This document shows positions 58,892 through 64,000 of a stretch of 64,000 bases of DNA, one piece after another. The stretch is from Antedon mediterranea. Taxonomy: Eukaryota > Animalia > Echinodermata. A program made the position numbers and the translations under genes. The DNA lies in contig NC_092674.1 in NCBI RefSeq assembly GCF_964355755.1, forward strand, positions 23,498,001-23,562,000, read 5' to 3'. Numbering within the stretch: position 1 is the stretch's first letter; each line of letters begins with the position of its first letter. The notes below the pieces were generated by a model. It worked only from the letters and a program-made list of their open reading frames with translations. It had not been told where the DNA came from and searched no databases.

Positions 58892-60430
58892 AAAATAATG
58901 TTTTATGGTTTAATATAGAAATGAAGAGATGTATCCGAACTTATTATTGTTATTTAAAGGTAATATTTATTTATTAAATAACTGTATTGCTAGTAGATTT
59001 TAATTAAAAAAATATTAAATATCATGTATTATTAAATGAATTCCTCATTCTTGTGCAATACTTTATTCCACTTGCAAAGATATGTACATTTAGCATAAAT
59101 ATGTAAATTATCTTAGATTATATTGTATATTGATTATTATATTATACAAATGTCGGCAATAAATACTCAATAATTTTGAAATTCACATTTTTTTTCAGAT
59201 TTTTTCCTTTTTAATACTGTAGTATTAATGTGCAGTTTAAAATTGTTTTGCCGACTTTGCGCAAACAGTGCTTTTCTAGGCGTACATTCAGTTTAAATTG
59301 TAAGCTCTACTAAATTTGTATATTTCGTTTCTTCTCCAGTCACCGTATATATCCTTATCCACGATCCGCGAAAATTGTTCGGTTTTGACGATTACGACCG
59401 GAATCAAGAGGGGTTTAAAACCTATTATCGTTGTTTTATTTTCGTTCTAATTTTAGTTCTAATAATGGGTTTGCCCAATGTAAACGGACACTATATTTCT
59501 ATTGCGCTTAAAATTCGGAAAAAAAAACACAATGCGATATATTCTGAAATGATTTAATACATCTTATTATGAATTATTCTGTTTGCAAATAAAATATGCA
59601 TTTATACATTAAGTTTTTGCGAGTAGAAAAAGATAGGTACTAAAAAGTAGGTCTACAATAATTACTATGAAGAAAAGTCATATGAAATTTAGTAGTTACC
59701 AAATTAATAAAGTATAAACATAGTTTATTAGTTGAATACCGATACCCTCGCAATAATTTTTTATAAGAGACAGTAGATATTTAAAGATACATTTAGTCCA
59801 ATTTTTAGGAAAGGATTTTACTAGTAAAACATTATTTAATAAACCAAGGAAGTATGTTTATATAGCAATGTGGTAGAAAATCCATAGACCGTTTCAGAAC
59901 CCAAGTTTCCTTTAAATAATATGGTGTCCCCCTAAATAGAGGTTGGCTGTAGTGTTAAATCACATTGCCTTCGTTCATGCCTACGTGTCTCCTTAATAGG
60001 GGTGTCCCTTAATTGGGGTCTCCTAAATGGGTGTGTCTCCTTAATAGAGGTCTCCTAAATGGGTGTGTCTCCTTAATAGAGGTCTCCTAAATGGGTGTGT
60101 CCCCTTAATAGAGGTCTCCTAAATGGGTGTGCCTTAATAGGATACTGTATAGAACAAAATATGTCAATCTTAGATTTTAGTTACATACAACTTCTATATA
60201 ATGTTCAATAAAACATTGATATGCAGTATAATGAATTACTGTTTTTTAATTTATGGTAGTGAATTAATAATGTATGTAAATAAATAAAAAATTAAATATA
60301 TGTACAAATTATGAAAAATATAATAGTACATAAATTCTAACTAAAAATTAGCTTAAAATATTTAAATAATCAACTTTGTATTAAGTAATGTTTCTTTTAT
60401 ATTGGTCCATGTACCAAATAATAACATTTA

Positions 60431-61964
60431 CAGTAGAACCGCTATTAAGTGGAAGGTTTCAGGACCAACAAAGTGTCCCCTTAATAGGAGTACCCCTAAG
60501 GGGTTGGCCATAATTAAAAGAAAGAGGAATACAAGTTTTACATTAAGTGGAAGGTTTCAGGACCAACAAAGTGTCCCCTTAATAGGAGTACCCCTTGAAT
60601 AGGGCTTGGCCATAATTAAAAGAAAGAGGAATACAAGTTTTACATTAAGTGGAAGGTTTCAGGACCAACAAAGTGTCCCCTTAATAGGAGTACCCCTTGA
60701 ATAGGGCTTGGCCATAATTAAAAGAAAGAGGAATACAAGTTTTACATTAAGTGGAAGGTTTCAGGACCAACAAAGTGTCCCCTTAATAGGAGTACCCCTT
60801 GAATAGGGCTTGGCCATAATTAAAAGAAAGAGGAATACAAGTTTTACATTAAGTGGAAGGTTTCAGGACCAACAAAGTGTTCCCTTAATAGGAGTACCCC
60901 TAAGGGGTTGGCCATAATTAAAGAAAAGAGGAATACAAGTTTTACATTAAGTGGAAGGTTTCAGGACCAACAAAGTGTTCCCTTAATAGGAGTACCCCTT
61001 GAAGGGGTTGGCCATAATTAAAAGAAAGAGGAACACAAGTTTTACATTAAGTGGAAGGTTTCAGGACCAACAAAGTGTCCCCTTAATAGGAGTACCCCTT
61101 GAATAGGGCTTGGCCATAATTAAAAGAAAGAGGAACACAAGTTTTACATTAAGTGGAAGGTTTCAGGACCAACAAAGTGTCCCCTTAATAGGAGTACCCC
61201 TTGAATAGGGCTTGGCCATAATTAAAAGAAAAGGGGAATACAAGTTTTACATTAAGTGGAAGGTTTCAGGACCAACAAAGTGTTCCCTTAATAGGAGTAC
61301 CCCTTGAATAGGGCTTGGCCATAATTAAAGAAAAGAGGAATACAAGTTTTACATTAAGTGGAAGGTTTCAGGACCAACAAAGTGTCCCCTTAATAGGAGT
61401 ACCCCTTGAATAGGGCTTGGCCATAATTAAAGAAAAGAGGAATACAAGTTTTACATTAAGTGGAAGGTTTCAGGACCAACAAAGTGTTCCCTTAATAGGA
61501 GTACCCCTTGAAGGGGTTGGCCATAATTAAAGAAAAGAGGAATACAAGTTTTACATTAAGTGGAAGGTTTCAGGACCAACAAAGTGTTCCCTTAATAGGA
61601 GTACCCCTTGAATAGGGCTTGGCCATAATTAAAAGAAAGAGGAATACAAGTTTTACATTAAGTGGAAGGTTTCAGGACCAACAAAGTGTCCCCTTAATAG
61701 GAGTACCCCTTGAAGGGGTTGGCCATAATTAAAAGAAAAGAGGAACACAAGTTTTACATTAAGTGGAAGGTTTCAGGACCAACAAAGTGTCCCCTTAATA
61801 GGAGTACCCCTTGAATAGGGCTTGGCCATAATTAAAAGAAAAGAGGAACACAAGTTTTACATTAAGTGGAAGGTTTCAGGACCAACAAAGTGTTCCCTTA
61901 ATAGGAGTACCCCTTGAATAGGGCTTGGCCATAATTAAAGAAAAGGGGAATACAAGTTTTACAT
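60431..61964. repeat. About 15 copies of a 98-103 bp tandem repeat starting at a MITE terminus
   Basis: Unit ATTAAGTGGAAGGTTTCAGGACCAACAAAGTGTCCCCTTAATAGGAGTACCCC...GTTTTAC, preceded by TA|CAGTAGAACC. Confidence 0.95.
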
Positions 61965-63099
61965 AGCACAATAATTATCAAGTTTTTTTGTGTTTTAACC
62001 AAATTTTATAAGAATTTAAACCAAAAGAGAGATGAACTCTGAGAACTATCGAGAGAAAGGTAAGGGCATTTATCAAATCTGTATTAAGAATTAGTTGAAA
62101 AACAGTATTTTGTTTTTTGGAAATGTACTTTCCACCAATCTTCCCTCGGCCACTGGAGGTAGAAAGTCTTCTTTGATAAGTAGGTCTAATCATGGAGGTA
62201 TAAAAGATTTTATACCTCCATGGTCTAATGTACACAGAGTAAGAGCCCACCCTGGTGTACTGGTCCATTAGCCCCTGCCGTTCATGGTAGGCTCTGCACT
62301 GTGGCTGCTGTGGGTTCATAGGGGACCTAAATCCGAGTTTCCTCATTTGAGTATAAATATTATTAAACAAACAAAATTGAAAAAGCATGGACTAAATTTA
62401 AAGCAGTCTTTTTATAGCATAAAGCACAATTTCAAGTTAATGATTTGGTCAAAATTATTTGGTCATACATCATTTGTTTTCTAAAATTATGATAATGTAT
62501 CGGAGCCCAACGTTTTCTCCTTTTCCTGTGTTTTCACTGAAACAAGTTCTGGCTTCGTATTCCTAAGAAAGAACAAACATTTCTGAATCAATAATATACA
62601 GAAAGATGAAAGTTTAATCTCTGTCCGAGCCATATATAAATTTGACAGTTAAACCTTTGTGAACGGTATGTATTTTTTATATTTCATACTCTATAGCTGG
62701 TAGTGTACCATGTTGATTTTCTAAAAATCTGTGAATAGAATGTCATAACTCTTTACATATATGGCTCTTAATCTCTGTTGCCGTGTGTGTTAAAGAGTAC
62801 CTATTGAATAAATTCCATTAAAAAGCCAGAGGTCTAATGGTTAGGACATCTATTATTATATCAAGCAGAGGGTTCTGAATTTTGGCTGGGGCGGCTCATT
62901 TATTAACAAGAGAACTCCAAACCTCCTATAAGTTTATGATATTAAGTTATGTTTATTTTATTTGACAATTTGAAAGTGAATGACTAAATTTTGGTAATCA
63001 AATTTAAATTTTAATTAAATAATTATAATTATTTGAATTTAGATTGGCAGAATAGAAAGAATCTTTGAGTATTTCGATTAGTAATGGTTTTATAGAAAC

Positions 63100-63464
63100 C
63101 AGAGGTGGATTGCTATAAGCGGTCTATAAAAGGTCTTAGCGCTTAGCCGGCTATAATTCGTGATGTAGCAAATTGTCTTTATTATAAACCATTGCTAAAC
63201 CGCGGTCTAACTTGTAAGTGGTCTTTAAAATTGAAGCCTCTACTCAAAGGAGGCGTACTGTTGTGATTGTGAATTGAGCAAGAATGATGAATATTACCTT
63301 ATTTGGTATTCTACGTCCTCAATTTGATACTGTACGCAGTCTTAGCTAAGACTGTTTTATAGCAAAAAGGGTGGTTTATAGTAAGACCATCTATCTAATA
63401 AAGCCGGCTTTAATTGGGGAGTTAAGACCATCAGTTAAGACTGTTTTATAGCAATCCGCCCCTG
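63100..63464. mobile_element. MITE with about 19-bp inverted termini (Harbinger-like)
   Basis: CAGAGGTGGATTGCTATAA...TTATAGCAATCCGCCCCTG. Confidence 0.65.
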
Positions 63465-64000
63465 TGCTATTCTACTTACAGAATGGGTTGGATGACATGA
63501 AAGATAGAATGCAGCAAGGAAGGCTCACACCACACCAGGAGTGTTCCTTAAGAAAGAATAAACAACAACCAATCACCAAAAGTAAAATACTACATACAGA
63601 TAATTAGCATATCCAGGTGTGTATACGTACATAGTGAAATAACTTTAATTTATGTAGTCAATTCTACAAAACCTGATACACAGGGATCATGTCAAAATTA
63701 CTTTACTGCAGTCACTGCAGTAACTACAGTTTTACTGCAGGAATGTAAACAAACTGTCCTAACTGTGGTAGAATAATTTGACATAATCCCTCACTACAGT
63801 TTTCTGTTTGTTCAGTCCAAAATTGTTATTTCCAACCATTTACATATTTGACTTGCACACCTGCATATGATATTAATACACAACTACAACTCTTTATACA
63901 AAACAACCAAATTCTTTAGAATTTATAAACCCCTACCTTATGGACTAACACAAATATAACAAGTTGTGTGTAATAATTTGCAACAACCAAGGACCAACCT

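Noticed and set aside
60431-61964. Regularly spaced repeats suggesting a CRISPR array
   Set aside because: No unique spacers; whole units repeat, the context is eukaryotic and there are no cas genes.

Overview
AT-rich, intron-rich animal genomic DNA, probably a marine invertebrate (inference from composition and repeat types); no prokaryotic features. There are two + strand multi-exon genes. The first is the 3' part of a furry homolog (FRY/FRYL; window start to stop at 32500), with a U12-type AT-AC intron, two candidate microexons, a triplicated splice acceptor and a long acidic terminal extension. The second is a soluble adenylyl cyclase type 10-like gene (about 37300/41088-58891) with Glu at the bicarbonate-binding Lys position and an apparently short C-terminus ending in a hydrophobic tail. 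One cyclase intron holds a degenerate Academ (XPG-type) DNA transposon (44710-50055), itself interrupted by a young non-autonomous LTR element with apparently identical LTRs and a triplicated tRNA-Leu primer-binding site. The rest is MITEs, tRNA- and 5S-derived SINE-like elements, a solo LTR and several minisatellites, one apparently born from a MITE. All calls were made by eye; exon coordinates are manual and may be off by a few bases.
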